DNA of 64,000 bases from Candidatus Hydrogenedentota bacterium (GTDB taxonomy: Bacteria > Hydrogenedentota > Hydrogenedentia > Hydrogenedentales > SLHB01): contig BTWA01000004.1 of assembly GCA_045863295.1 (NCBI GenBank), forward strand, positions 32,001 through 96,000. The letters are read 5' to 3'. The notes under the pieces were generated by a model. It was not told the origin of the DNA. It did not search any database and saw nothing but the letters and a program-made list of their open reading frames with translations. Both the position numbers and the translations under genes were made by a program. Position 1 is the first letter of the stretch; each line of letters starts with the position of its first letter. Of the stretch, positions 43,045 to 54,255 are shown in pieces.

Positions 43045-44190
43045 ATGCTCGCCATCCGGCCACGCCTGCGTAACATACTGTCCATACTAGCTTTATCCTA
43101 CTTCGCGACCGGCTGTGGCGGTTCAGGAGGAATTGTACCCATCGAAGAAACGCAGACGGTCACAGCACCCCGACCCTCGGTGGATCCAAACGCTACGACG
43201 GCCACACGGCTCATGGGGCAGACCATGCCCGCCGCCAGCGGGTCCGCGCCACAATCCGGCGGCCGAATGTTCGACTACGAGACTCCCGAAGGCTGGCAGG
43301 AACTGCCGCCAACCGACCTGCGTCTGGTGAACCTCAAGCCCGCTGGAAATCCAGATGCCGAATGCACGGTCAGCCTGTTGCCCGGCGGCGGCGGTGGCAT
43401 GGCGGAAAACATCAACCGTTGGCGCGGGCAGATGGGCCAGCCTGCCTATAGCCCTGCGGAAATCGATGCGCTGCCCAAAAGCACCCTGCTGGGACGTGAA
43501 GCGGTACTGGTCAGTTTTGACGGTGAGTATTCGGGAATGGGTGGTGGCCCCGGCAAACCAAATTTCACGTTGACCGGCATTATATTGAACCTGCCGAATG
43601 CAGGGGTGTTCGTCAAGATGGTAGGTCCCAAGGAAACCATTGCCGCGGAGGCCGACAAGTTTGTGGCGTTTTGCCAATCGCTGAGGCTGGCGAGTAGCGA
43701 ATCGGAACCCGGACACGAAGGCCACAACCACGCCCCGGGCGAACACGACCCGCACGCTTCATCAGGAGACATGACATGGGAAACGCCCGAGGGATGGCAG
43801 ACCGGCCCGGAAAAACCCATGCGCCTGGTCACATTGCTGGCTGGTCCAGATAGCACGGCAGAGTGCTATATTATAATCCTGCCCGGTGACGCTGGCGGCG
43901 TGTATTCCAATTTCGATCGATGGGCGAAGCAAATGGGCCAGAACCAGACATTGAGCCCGGAAACGGTCCAGGCGTTGCCGGTCATTCCGGTGCTGGGCGC
44001 CGATGCGCCCATGATTGAATTGACGGGCACGTATACGGATATGAGTGGCACAGTAACGGACGGCGCCATGTTGCTGGGTGTTATCGCCAAGAAAGGCGAT
44101 CAGAGCGTCTTCATTCGAATGACCGGACCCGAAGCGGCCGTCAAAGAACAGAAGCAGAACTTTATCGCGTTTTGTAAATCACTGAAATAG
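43045..44190 (+). CDS. lipoprotein with internally duplicated domain and His-rich linker
   Basis: lipobox ATGC; two ETPEGWQ...RW..QMG...MxGP repeats. Confidence 0.75.
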   Translation: MLAIRPRLRNILSILALSYFATGCGGSGGIVPIEETQTVTAPRPSVDPNATTATRLMGQTMPAASGSAPQSGGRMFDYETPEGWQELPPTDLRLVNLKPAGNPDAECTVSLLPGGGGGMAENINRWRGQMGQPAYSPAEIDALPKSTLLGREAVLVSFDGEYSGMGGGPGKPNFTLTGIILNLPNAGVFVKMVGPKETIAAEADKFVAFCQSLRLASSESEPGHEGHNHAPGEHDPHASSGDMTWETPEGWQTGPEKPMRLVTLLAGPDSTAECYIIILPGDAGGVYSNFDRWAKQMGQNQTLSPETVQALPVIPVLGADAPMIELTGTYTDMSGTVTDGAMLLGVIAKKGDQSVFIRMTGPEAAVKEQKQNFIAFCKSLK

Positions 44191-44202
44191 GTGCGTTCAG
44201 GC

Positions 44203-45435
44203 ATGAGTTCAAAACAGAAAAAACACAAACACGAAGCGAAGCAGGAACCGTTGGCAAAACGGATCGTCTCGAAGACGTTCAACGCGCTCGCCTCGTATAC
44301 CCTTGCCTGTGGTTTGTTCGCGCTGTTGGCCCTGCTCACGTTTCTGGGCACGCTGGAACAGATCAATAGCGGCATCTTCGACGTTCAGAAGAAGTATTTC
44401 GAATCGTTCTTTCTGGTTCACAACCTGTTTGGCAAAATACCGGTTTTGTTGCCCGGCGTGTATCTGCTGCTGATTTTGCTCACCATCAATATCGTGCTGG
44501 GTGGCGTAATCAAATTGCGTAAGTCGCCCTCGCGCATCGGCATTCTGATATCCCACCTGGGTATCGTATTGTTGATTGCCGGAGGATTCATCAAGTTCCA
44601 GCTTGCGTCAGATGGCCACGCGACGCTTGCTGAAGGCGAATCGGCCAGCGAATACGAAAGCTATTTCACGTGGGAACTCGCCATTGCCAAGGAAGGCACG
44701 CTACAACGGACGGAATATCTGGTGCCGGAGGAGCACTTTCGGCAGGCATCGCCGGAAAACCGGATTACATTCACCCACGACGCTCTGCCGTTTAATGTCT
44801 CCCTTACGGGTTACCACAGGAACAGCGAGCCTGTAAACGTGAACCGGACTCCGGCCAACGGTGAACTCGTGGTGGATGGATTCTATCTTCATCCTACGCC
44901 CTTGGAAAAAGAGGCCGAACGAAATGTTTCCGGCGCTTACGCCGAGATCACCGACAAGGCCACAGGGGAAACGAAGCAAGCATTGCTATGGGGTTTCGAA
45001 AAGATGCCTTTCGCGTTCCAACAGGGCAACGACGTGTGGAGCGTGGCCTTGCGCAAAAAACGATATCCGCTCCCCTTCACCGTTCGCCTGGATAAATTCA
45101 CACATGAACTTCATCCGCGTACGCAGATGGCCAAGATATTCCGAAGCGACGTCACCAAAACCGAGAACGGCATAGCCCAACAACACAAGATTTCCATGAA
45201 CGAGCCGCTGCGCCACAAGGGATATACGTTTTATCAGGCATCCTGGATTCCGGCAGACCCGGCCGCGGGACGTCCGGTAATGTCATCATTCGCCGTGACG
45301 AAAGACCCGGCGGATCGGATTCCCCTGTATGCCTGCATCGTAATTACCGTCGGCCTATTGCTTCACTTCGGCCAGAAACTGGTCGTGTATCTCCGGCGCG
45401 AACAAAAGCGCATTCAACAAGAGGTCTTGGCATGA
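44203..45435 (+). CDS. cytochrome c biogenesis protein ResB/CcsB-like
   Basis: TFLGTL, SHLG..L..GG, LPF.VRL..F, ISMNEPL..KGYTFYQAS. Confidence 0.85.
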   Translation: MSSKQKKHKHEAKQEPLAKRIVSKTFNALASYTLACGLFALLALLTFLGTLEQINSGIFDVQKKYFESFFLVHNLFGKIPVLLPGVYLLLILLTINIVLGGVIKLRKSPSRIGILISHLGIVLLIAGGFIKFQLASDGHATLAEGESASEYESYFTWELAIAKEGTLQRTEYLVPEEHFRQASPENRITFTHDALPFNVSLTGYHRNSEPVNVNRTPANGELVVDGFYLHPTPLEKEAERNVSGAYAEITDKATGETKQALLWGFEKMPFAFQQGNDVWSVALRKKRYPLPFTVRLDKFTHELHPRTQMAKIFRSDVTKTENGIAQQHKISMNEPLRHKGYTFYQASWIPADPAAGRPVMSSFAVTKDPADRIPLYACIVITVGLLLHFGQKLVVYLRREQKRIQQEVLA

Positions 45436-47528
45436 ATCGCATACTTCTTGCACTGCTTGGCATCGTATCCCTTACAACCGCCATGTCGGCGGCATGGGCG
45501 CAAGATCCCCCCGCGGATACCGTGCCCGCCGAAGTTACGGCCCGCGGCGAATGGGACCCGGAAACGCTTCGCCTCTTGGCGCTCATTCCAGTGCAGGAAG
45601 GCGGCCGCCTGAAACCGCTCGACTCGTATGCCAGCTTCCTGATGCTTCGGCTCAATGGCAAGCGTTCGATGGAAGACCTGGACGGAAGAAAGATGACCCC
45701 CATCGAGTGGATGGGCGACTGTCTCTTCTATCCCGAATTGGCGCGCCACTATAAGGTCTTTCGAATCGATGATACCGCGGTTCTCGATGCGATAGGCGTG
45801 GAGCACAACGAAGACAAGCGTGCATGGTTTTCGTATGGCGAACTCGAACCCGGCCTCGAAAAGTTGATGACCCTGGGCGACTCCTACAACGCCATTGAAG
45901 CCAAAGACCGCGAGCCGTTGCAGCGGCAGATCGTAAACCTTGCATTCAACGTTCGTGAATTCGAGCAGGTGATTCACTTTTTCGACTTTGCAAAAGAGCC
46001 GCTTCCCATCCCTCAAGGCTCCGCACTGGGCGTGTTGATCCCCGATTCCAGATACTCCACCGCCATTGAAAAAGCTCGCTCCCTGGCTACCATAGCGATT
46101 GTTCTTGAAAACGGTTTTCCCGCCATTGAGAAGAATTTCCCGCCGGACCAGGTGGCCCAACTCCAGGAAACGGTGCCCGCCGAAATCCGATCGCTCGACG
46201 ACGCGACCCGCGCAAAAGAATTGGAAACCATGAAGGCGGTCTTTCACGAGATCGACCGCCGCTCTTCGTCCGCGCGATTCCTCGCAATTCTGCCACCCCC
46301 CGCCAGTATGACGGATCAGAAAGAGTGGTTCGCGCCCGCGGATATCCTTGAAATGGTGCTCGAATCCAAAGGCGATATGACCACAACCATCCGGTTGCTG
46401 TCGGAACTCGAAGACCTGTTCCAAGTCCGTCAAGATCCAGCACAATTGAAGCAGAAGTTGGCGGCCTATCAGACGGACGTCGCGGCCTTGGCGGACGCGC
46501 GCGGCGAATACAACAAGATTCCCATGGAAGTGGCCTTCTACAAGTTCCCCTTTAAACCGCTCAGCCTGGCGGGATACATCCTCTGCTTCATCCTGGCCGC
46601 GCTTTGTTGGTTCTGGCCAAAAAACCGCGTGTTACGCTGGACTACGCTTGGCATGCTCCTCCTTCCCACCGGCATCTTGATCGCCGGCATCACCTGGCGC
46701 TGTATCCTGCGGAGCCGCCCGCCCGTCAGCACGCTGTATGAAACCATTCTCTTCATCACGGCGGTCGCAGTCGTCGTAGCTATCTTCATCGAATTTGTAA
46801 ACAAGCAACGCATTGCCCAAGCCATGGCCGCGTTCCTCGGCATGCTCGGCATGTTCCTCGCCTACCGCTACGAAATTAAAGAAGGCGTGGACACCATGCC
46901 CGCCCTCATCGCCGTGCTCGACACCAACTTCTGGCTCGCCACCCACGTCACCACTGTGACCATGGGTTATGCCGCGGGTCTGCTGGCCGGTGGCATGGCC
47001 CACATTTACATCCTGGGCCGCCTATTTGGCGTAAAGCGCAACGACACGTCGTTTTACAAAACGGTCACACGAATGACCTACGGCATCGTTTGCTTTGGCC
47101 TGCTCTTCTCCGTCGTCGGAACCATCCTGGGCGGCATTTGGGCCAATGACAGTTGGGGCCGGTTCTGGGGCTGGGATCCCAAGGAAAACGGCGCGCTACT
47201 CATCGTGCTCTGCTTCCTCGCCGTGTTGCACGCGCGCATGGGCGGACTTATTCGCGATCTCGGCTTGGCCATGACTTCTGTATTCACAGGCATGGTGGTA
47301 GCCTTTTCCTGGTGGGGCGTGAATCTGCTCGGCGTGGGGCTCCATAGCTACGGATTCACGGACGGGGTCATCGGCACGCTCATGTTGTTTTACATTACGG
47401 AAACCGTCGTGATCGGGTTGGGCGGAATCGTTTGGCTGAAGGAACGGTATGCTGCACCTGCGGCCGCCGCCGAAACGGCTCCCAAAGGCAAAATCAAACC
47501 GGCCAAGGCCGATTCTGCACGTCGCTAA
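45432..47528 (+). CDS. ccsA: cytochrome c biogenesis protein CcsA/ResC
   Basis: GRLKPLD, WLATHV, WWD motif WANDSWGRFWGWDPKEN, GLHSY. Confidence 0.9.
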   Translation: MNRILLALLGIVSLTTAMSAAWAQDPPADTVPAEVTARGEWDPETLRLLALIPVQEGGRLKPLDSYASFLMLRLNGKRSMEDLDGRKMTPIEWMGDCLFYPELARHYKVFRIDDTAVLDAIGVEHNEDKRAWFSYGELEPGLEKLMTLGDSYNAIEAKDREPLQRQIVNLAFNVREFEQVIHFFDFAKEPLPIPQGSALGVLIPDSRYSTAIEKARSLATIAIVLENGFPAIEKNFPPDQVAQLQETVPAEIRSLDDATRAKELETMKAVFHEIDRRSSSARFLAILPPPASMTDQKEWFAPADILEMVLESKGDMTTTIRLLSELEDLFQVRQDPAQLKQKLAAYQTDVAALADARGEYNKIPMEVAFYKFPFKPLSLAGYILCFILAALCWFWPKNRVLRWTTLGMLLLPTGILIAGITWRCILRSRPPVSTLYETILFITAVAVVVAIFIEFVNKQRIAQAMAAFLGMLGMFLAYRYEIKEGVDTMPALIAVLDTNFWLATHVTTVTMGYAAGLLAGGMAHIYILGRLFGVKRNDTSFYKTVTRMTYGIVCFGLLFSVVGTILGGIWANDSWGRFWGWDPKENGALLIVLCFLAVLHARMGGLIRDLGLAMTSVFTGMVVAFSWWGVNLLGVGLHSYGFTDGVIGTLMLFYITETVVIGLGGIVWLKERYAAPAAAAETAPKGKIKPAKADSARR

Positions 47529-47540
47529 GTGAGTCCGCCG

Positions 47541-47978
47541 CTACCGGCGGGTAAAGCCGATGAAACTGGTCTCCGGCGGCTGTATTCCCAGCTGCGACGC
47601 GTGTCGCGCCATCTGGCCGCGGTGATGCGACCCGTGCGTCACCAGATGATGCAGTATGTCGCCGATCTGCGATTCGAGCGGTTCTCCGTTCAGCCGCGTG
47701 TATTTCAGCACCCGGCTCAGGTCAGTATCCAATATCTCGTCATACCGCGCCTCCATGCGAGGCGACAGCGCATCCAACTCCTCTTTGGTCAACACAGAAA
47801 ACACATCCGTCCGTAGCGGCTCTCCCAGGATACGTTGAAACCAAATCTGCTCCGCGAGGTAAACGTGGGAAATCATCTTTCGGAGGTACTCGTCGTTCGC
47901 GGCCCCGCCGAAGGTGAAGTCAAGCCAGGTACGGTTGGCCCAGCAGGTATACTCCGTGAGAGGTTTCAGGCTATTCAC
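47541..47978 (-). CDS. DinB family protein
   Basis: YTCWAN, HVYLAEQIW, ILHHLVTHGSHHRGQ; GTG start inferred. Confidence 0.85.
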   Translation of the reverse strand: MNSLKPLTEYTCWANRTWLDFTFGGAANDEYLRKMISHVYLAEQIWFQRILGEPLRTDVFSVLTKEELDALSPRMEARYDEILDTDLSRVLKYTRLNGEPLESQIGDILHHLVTHGSHHRGQMARHASQLGIQPPETSFIGFTRR

Positions 47979-48139
47979 TTCAGTTCTCCCCAATTGGTGT
48001 TTCCTGTGAACAAAATCATGCGCACGCCGGGTCAACCGCCGCGCACTCGGGCGCAACGACTCCGTTATTGCCGCAACGGCGGTTATCGGGTAGCATAAGT
48101 CTGCACGGGCGCACTCACAGGTTCAACGCGGATGAAACC

Positions 48140-48871
48140 ATGCTGCTGAAAGATTTGGGTCAGCGTATTCGCGGCCAACGCGAAAAGCGCGGCCTCAAGC
48201 AACAGGATATAGCCAACGCCCTGAATGTGAGCCCACAAGCGGTCTCGAAATGGGAACGCGGCGAAAACGCGCCGGACATCACCATTCTTTCCGGCTTGGC
48301 GAGGCTGTTGGGCGTTACGACCGACTGGTTGCTCGGCTCGAATGCCGAGGGTAAAGATGTATTTGAAGCCACGGTGCTGGCGACCAGCGTCGACGGCGCA
48401 TATAAGCGTTCGCTGGAAATGCAGCCGCGCGATTTCGCGCTCTGGGCCAATGCGCTTTTCTATCAGTTGACTGAGTTGATCCTCCGGCACGACGGAGTGC
48501 CGGTAAAATACATGGGCGACCGATCGCTCAGTTTCTTTTCAGGACCGGACCACCGCAGACGCGCCGTGGATGCCGCCATGAAAGCGCGAAGCCAAATCGG
48601 GTCCACCCTGCGAATTGGGTTGCACAGCGGTCCCATCTATCTGGGGTCGGTGGGCCATCCGGATTACGCACGGCCCGACATCATGGGCGAAGTCGTGAAT
48701 GTCGCATTCCTTACGATGGAATGGGCAGAGCGCGAAACGAAAAGCGGCATCGCGGCTACCGCTGCCGCCTTGGAAGGATTCGATGAACCGCCCGCGGGCG
48801 GCAAGGATAAGAATGTGAAGTTTCTGGGTCTCGAACGGCCCGTTTCCGTGCGCGAAATCAAGGCAAGCTAA
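48140..48871 (+). CDS. XRE-family HTH regulator fused to a degenerate class III nucleotidyl cyclase domain
   Basis: HTH: GLKQQDIA..LNVSPQAVSKWERGENAPD; cyclase-like: VKYMGD, RIGLHSG, DIMGEVVNVA. Confidence 0.85.
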   Translation: MLLKDLGQRIRGQREKRGLKQQDIANALNVSPQAVSKWERGENAPDITILSGLARLLGVTTDWLLGSNAEGKDVFEATVLATSVDGAYKRSLEMQPRDFALWANALFYQLTELILRHDGVPVKYMGDRSLSFFSGPDHRRRAVDAAMKARSQIGSTLRIGLHSGPIYLGSVGHPDYARPDIMGEVVNVAFLTMEWAERETKSGIAATAAALEGFDEPPAGGKDKNVKFLGLERPVSVREIKAS

Positions 48872-48889
48872 AAACAAGGATCCCACACA

Positions 48890-50341
<1,452 letters not shown>

Positions 50342-50364
50342 ATCCGGCCAATGCAACGCACGTT

Positions 50365-50398
50365 ACACCCCCAGGCATGCGCCTGGGGGTGTTTTTTT
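50365..50398 (+). terminator. ahcY terminator
   Basis: ACACCCCCAGGC-ATGC-GCCTGGGGGTGT followed by a T run. Confidence 0.85.
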
Positions 50399-50518
50399 GG
50401 GGTAGTGAAACTGCGGCGTGGTTCCACGCGAACCGTCTCCAATGCAGCCAATGCAACAAGCGATCCTAGATATATGGGCGGCGTCTTGCGTCATGGGTGT
50501 GCAATAGGAGACCTCACT

Positions 50519-50947
50519 ATGAACTGCATCGGCTATAAGGCCGGCTACAAGTATCAATTGGCAAAGCCGTATTCCATAAGCACTGGAATCATTCCCGTCG
50601 AAACTATTCAAACCGAGTATCTCCACCTGTCCCTGGATGGCACGTTGACCATCCGCGCCGGATACGCGTGGGACGGACCCTCCGGTCCCACGTTCGATAC
50701 GGCAAATTTCATGCGCGGCTCGCTCGTACATGACGCCTTCTACCAACTGATGCGCGAAGACTGCTTGAAAAAGGAAAGATACCGGGATCAAGCGGACCGC
50801 TTGTTGCAGCGCATGTGCAGGGAAGACGGCATGAGCGCCATCCGATCCTGGTTCGTCTATCAAGCCGTTAGCCGATTCGCCGATCCCGCCGCGGACCCGG
50901 CAAACAGGCGCATGGAGTTACGAGCGCCGGAAGATTGCTCCGCATAG
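50519..50947 (+). CDS. DUF1353-like protein
   Basis: I.AGYAWDGPS, SLVHDAFYQ, ADRL motifs; AGGAG RBS. Confidence 0.75.
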   Translation: MNCIGYKAGYKYQLAKPYSISTGIIPVETIQTEYLHLSLDGTLTIRAGYAWDGPSGPTFDTANFMRGSLVHDAFYQLMREDCLKKERYRDQADRLLQRMCREDGMSAIRSWFVYQAVSRFADPAADPANRRMELRAPEDCSA

Positions 50948-51007
50948 ATCAAACCGGTATCCTTTGGGTTATGTCCGCGTCTTGGGAAACGTAAGGACAC
51001 CCGCCCG

Positions 51008-52141
51008 GTGGAATGTCCAAGTTGCAGCAGTCCGATTTCGACCATCGTCGAACACAATATCCAGGTGGAGTCTTGTGCGCAGTGCGGCGGCCGCTGGTTC
51101 GACGAAAACGGCATTCACGCGTATTTTCAATCCATCATCGCCAATGAAGCGGTGCAGCCTCCAGCAATCGATCTCTACCGAAAAGCGCGAATTACCCCTC
51201 CCAAGAACGAAAACGTTCGAACGTGTCCAAAGTGCCAATCCCTGCTGATGAAGATGAACTACGCCTACGATTCCAACATATTCGTGGACAAATGCGTGGA
51301 CTGCCGGGGCCTCTGGATTGACGGCAACGAAATTATCCCTTTGGCACAATATTTGAAAGGCCATCCCGCGTTGCGATCAATGGGTGTCTCAATGGCACAG
51401 TATGCGAAAGAACAGGCAGCAATGAATGAGCCCATGGACGAATTGGCGGACACATTCAGCAGTCCGATGCTACTACTGTTCGGCCGCTTCGGCATTATTC
51501 TTCCGCTCAAAGACGAAACGTCGCGATTCAAGACTCCGGTCGTTATGTGGACAATTTTGGCATCCATGGTATTGGTGTATACGCTCCAACTGACAGTGTT
51601 GTCCAAGGATCAGGTTGCCGGCCTCGCGCTAACGCCCTCGAAAGTTTTCGCTGGAGTCTCATGGGTCTCGCTCGTCACTGCATGCTTCTTGCACGCCGAT
51701 CTCTTTCATCTCGGTGCTAATGCCCTGTTTCTCTGGATTTTCGGGGATGACATTGAACAGCGTCTGGGCCACGTGTCATTTTTACTCTTCTACCTGGTAG
51801 CGGGCGTTGCAGGCAACGCACTTCAGGCCGTCGCATACCCTGCATCGGTCATTCCAGTTCTTGGTGCAAGCGGCGCCATCGCAGGTCTCATCGGAGCCTA
51901 TCTTGTCTTGCATCCCAACGCCCGGCTAACGACGCTAGTGTTCTACCGTCTTGTGCGCATACCCGCATGGTGGTATATCGTATTCTGGTTGGTCATTCAG
52001 CTGATTTACGGCGGTATCTTTTATGCCGCCGGTCATCCGTCTGGTGTCGCATGGTTCGCGCACATCGGCGGATTTGCGGTGGGTGTCGCAACGGCAATTG
52101 GGGTAAAATGCACAACAGAAAAACCGCAGTGCGCGTCTTGA
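51008..52141 (+). CDS. rhomboid family intramembrane serine protease with two N-terminal Zn-ribbon domains
   Basis: CPSC..CAQCGGRWFD, CPKC..CVDCRGLWID; FLHADLFHL..N, GASG, AHIGG. Confidence 0.9.
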   Translation: MECPSCSSPISTIVEHNIQVESCAQCGGRWFDENGIHAYFQSIIANEAVQPPAIDLYRKARITPPKNENVRTCPKCQSLLMKMNYAYDSNIFVDKCVDCRGLWIDGNEIIPLAQYLKGHPALRSMGVSMAQYAKEQAAMNEPMDELADTFSSPMLLLFGRFGIILPLKDETSRFKTPVVMWTILASMVLVYTLQLTVLSKDQVAGLALTPSKVFAGVSWVSLVTACFLHADLFHLGANALFLWIFGDDIEQRLGHVSFLLFYLVAGVAGNALQAVAYPASVIPVLGASGAIAGLIGAYLVLHPNARLTTLVFYRLVRIPAWWYIVFWLVIQLIYGGIFYAAGHPSGVAWFAHIGGFAVGVATAIGVKCTTEKPQCAS

Positions 52142-52166
52142 TGCTCGGCGCCGCGGTAAACCGAAG

Positions 52167-52841
52167 GTGAGTTCGAATATGGATCCAAATCGTATCAGCA
52201 CACGGGATATTGCGGAAAAACACCTGGCCGAAGGCGATCCCGTTGGATGGTTTGAAGAAGTATATGCGACTGCCAAAGGCGACGCATCCACAATTCCTTG
52301 GGCGGATCGGGGCGCCAATCCCAGCATGGTCGAGTGGCTCGCACGGGAATCGTTTCAAGGGGAAGACAAGACCGCGCTGGTCGTGGGATGCGGCCTCGGC
52401 GACGATGCGGAGGAACTGGCGCGCGCCGGATTTCAGGTTACCGCATTCGATGTGTCCTCCACGGCGGTCGCCTGGTGCAAGCAGCGCTTCGCGGAATCCC
52501 GCGTCGATTATTTGACTGCAGACTTGTTCCAACTGCCGGAAGCCTGGCAACAGCGATACCACTTCATATTCGAAGCCAATACGCTTCAGTCGCTGCCGTT
52601 GGCGATCCGTTCCGATGCCATGCGTCGCATCGCAAACTGCCTCGCAGGAAACGGAACCCTCCTCGTCGTCTGCAGAGGCCGCGGCGCCAGCGATCCCGAT
52701 GTCGGCCCACCCTGGCCACTGCTGCGGCCCGAGCTCGACGAATTCACAAAACACGGGCTGTGCGAACTGAGCAGCGAAGACTACATGGACGACGAAGTTC
52801 CTCCCATCCGCCGCTTCCGAGTGGCGTACACCCGAAAGTAG
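52167..52841 (+). CDS. class I SAM-dependent methyltransferase (TPMT-like)
   Basis: ALVVGCGLGDDA, AFDVS, GPPWPL. Confidence 0.88.
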   Translation: MSSNMDPNRISTRDIAEKHLAEGDPVGWFEEVYATAKGDASTIPWADRGANPSMVEWLARESFQGEDKTALVVGCGLGDDAEELARAGFQVTAFDVSSTAVAWCKQRFAESRVDYLTADLFQLPEAWQQRYHFIFEANTLQSLPLAIRSDAMRRIANCLAGNGTLLVVCRGRGASDPDVGPPWPLLRPELDEFTKHGLCELSSEDYMDDEVPPIRRFRVAYTRK

Positions 52842-52954
52842 AAGCCGCATCCTACCGCTTACAGGCTATCTTCTGCTCACGCTTCTTTGCGTTCCCCCCA
52901 AGTTAGAGCACGTCGCCTCCGCAGAAACTTGCCCCGAGGCCGCGCCTGATAAAA

Positions 52955-52999
52955 TACCTTGCAATACATTGTAGTGTGTGATACACTGTATTCAAGGTG
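52955..52999 (+). promoter_or_regulatory. putative PadR operator/promoter
   Basis: imperfect IR ACCTTGCAATACA / TGTATTCAAGGT immediately upstream of padR. Confidence 0.55.
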
Positions 53000-53005
53000 A
53001 ACCGC

Positions 53006-53365
53006 ATGAACATCGAATCGGACATCGACAACTGGACCACGCAACTCCGAAAAGGACTGCTGGAGCTCTGCATCATGAACATCCTCGCCACCGGCGAGGT
53101 CTACGGGTACGACCTCGTCAAACAGCTGTCCGAAGTCGAGGGGTTAGTCGTCACCGAAGGCACGATTTATCCGCTTTTATCGCGCTTGAGAAGAACGGGG
53201 CTGGTCAAGACCCAGTTGGTCGAATCGGCCAACGGACCGGCCCGAAAATATTATGCAATCACTCCCGCCGGCAGGCGGATGCAACGAACCATGAACCAGT
53301 ATTGGGGCCAGTTGGTACGCGGTGTGAACCGCATTCAAAGGGAAAGCGAGGCCGGTCATGCGTGA
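53006..53365 (+). CDS. PadR family transcriptional regulator
   Basis: TQLRKGLLELCI, YGYDLV, EGTIYPLLSRL, GPARKYY. Confidence 0.93.
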   Translation: MNIESDIDNWTTQLRKGLLELCIMNILATGEVYGYDLVKQLSEVEGLVVTEGTIYPLLSRLRRTGLVKTQLVESANGPARKYYAITPAGRRMQRTMNQYWGQLVRGVNRIQRESEAGHA

Positions 53366-54224
53366 ATGGAATCCCGACGCGCGGGAATATTTCGAAGGCT
53401 ACTTGCGACAGGTCAGCGCCATGGCAACACACAAAGGCGAGGATGGCGACGACATCGAGTCCAGTCTCCGCGATCACCTCGACCGCAAACTCGACGAGAT
53501 CGGCGCGGTCGTGGTCAGTATGGACGACCTCCGCGAAGCCCTTCAGTCGGTCGGCTCACCCGACGATATTCTCGAAGCGGGCACGCCCGCTGCCACCCCG
53601 CAGCGCCGCGAATCCGCGCCGCATCTTCAAAAACCCACCCATACGCACGCCGAAGTGGCAGCACCGGCTGGATTGGGTGCGCGCCCGTGGATGTTCGTCA
53701 TGGTTGTTGCCGTGTTTGGACTTTCCATCCTCGGATTTGCCTTCGGCTTGGTATCCGGTGTCCGGTCACCCATTGGGATGATCGCGGCAACAATCAACAA
53801 CCTGCTGGGGTCGCTGCTGGCCGCCGTCCTTCTGGCGATACTGGCGGGCGCTACCCGGCGATGGGTCTCGCCGTGGGTGTTTTGGTCAATCGTCCTGGCC
53901 GCCGCATCCAGACTATTCGGCCTACTCAACACGTTGGTCATGCAACGCCTGCTGCCTCCCGAATCGCTGTCCGGTTATTTCGGCCTGACCTCCAGCCTCT
54001 TGGGCGCCATCAACCTGCTGTTCTTAGTGGCTCTGCTCGAAATGGCGCGCCAACTGCTCACCGCATCGCCTGCAGGCGCCCGGTTCGCATTCTCCCCTGC
54101 AAGCCAAGGCTCGGGAAACCTCAAGTACGTGCTCTTGTTCCTCGGCCTGTTGCTACTAATTCCGGTTTTCCTAATCGTGATGTTCTTAATGAGTTTCGTG
54201 GCGTATCAACGGGTCGGTGGTTGA
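53358..54224 (+). CDS. PadR-associated membrane protein (HAAS-like N-terminus)
   Basis: YL......DDI...LRDHL...GSPDDI followed by about 5 TM segments; overlaps padR. Confidence 0.72.
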   Translation: MREWNPDAREYFEGYLRQVSAMATHKGEDGDDIESSLRDHLDRKLDEIGAVVVSMDDLREALQSVGSPDDILEAGTPAATPQRRESAPHLQKPTHTHAEVAAPAGLGARPWMFVMVVAVFGLSILGFAFGLVSGVRSPIGMIAATINNLLGSLLAAVLLAILAGATRRWVSPWVFWSIVLAAASRLFGLLNTLVMQRLLPPESLSGYFGLTSSLLGAINLLFLVALLEMARQLLTASPAGARFAFSPASQGSGNLKYVLLFLGLLLLIPVFLIVMFLMSFVAYQRVGG

Positions 54225-54255
54225 CGCCTCGGCACCCCTCGGCTATAGTGCCGCC

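Noticed and set aside
47980..48140. SAH riboswitch upstream of the ahcY operon
   Set aside because: The GAGGAGCG...CAGGCTC core is not recognisable by eye; a Rfam scan would be needed to exclude it fully.
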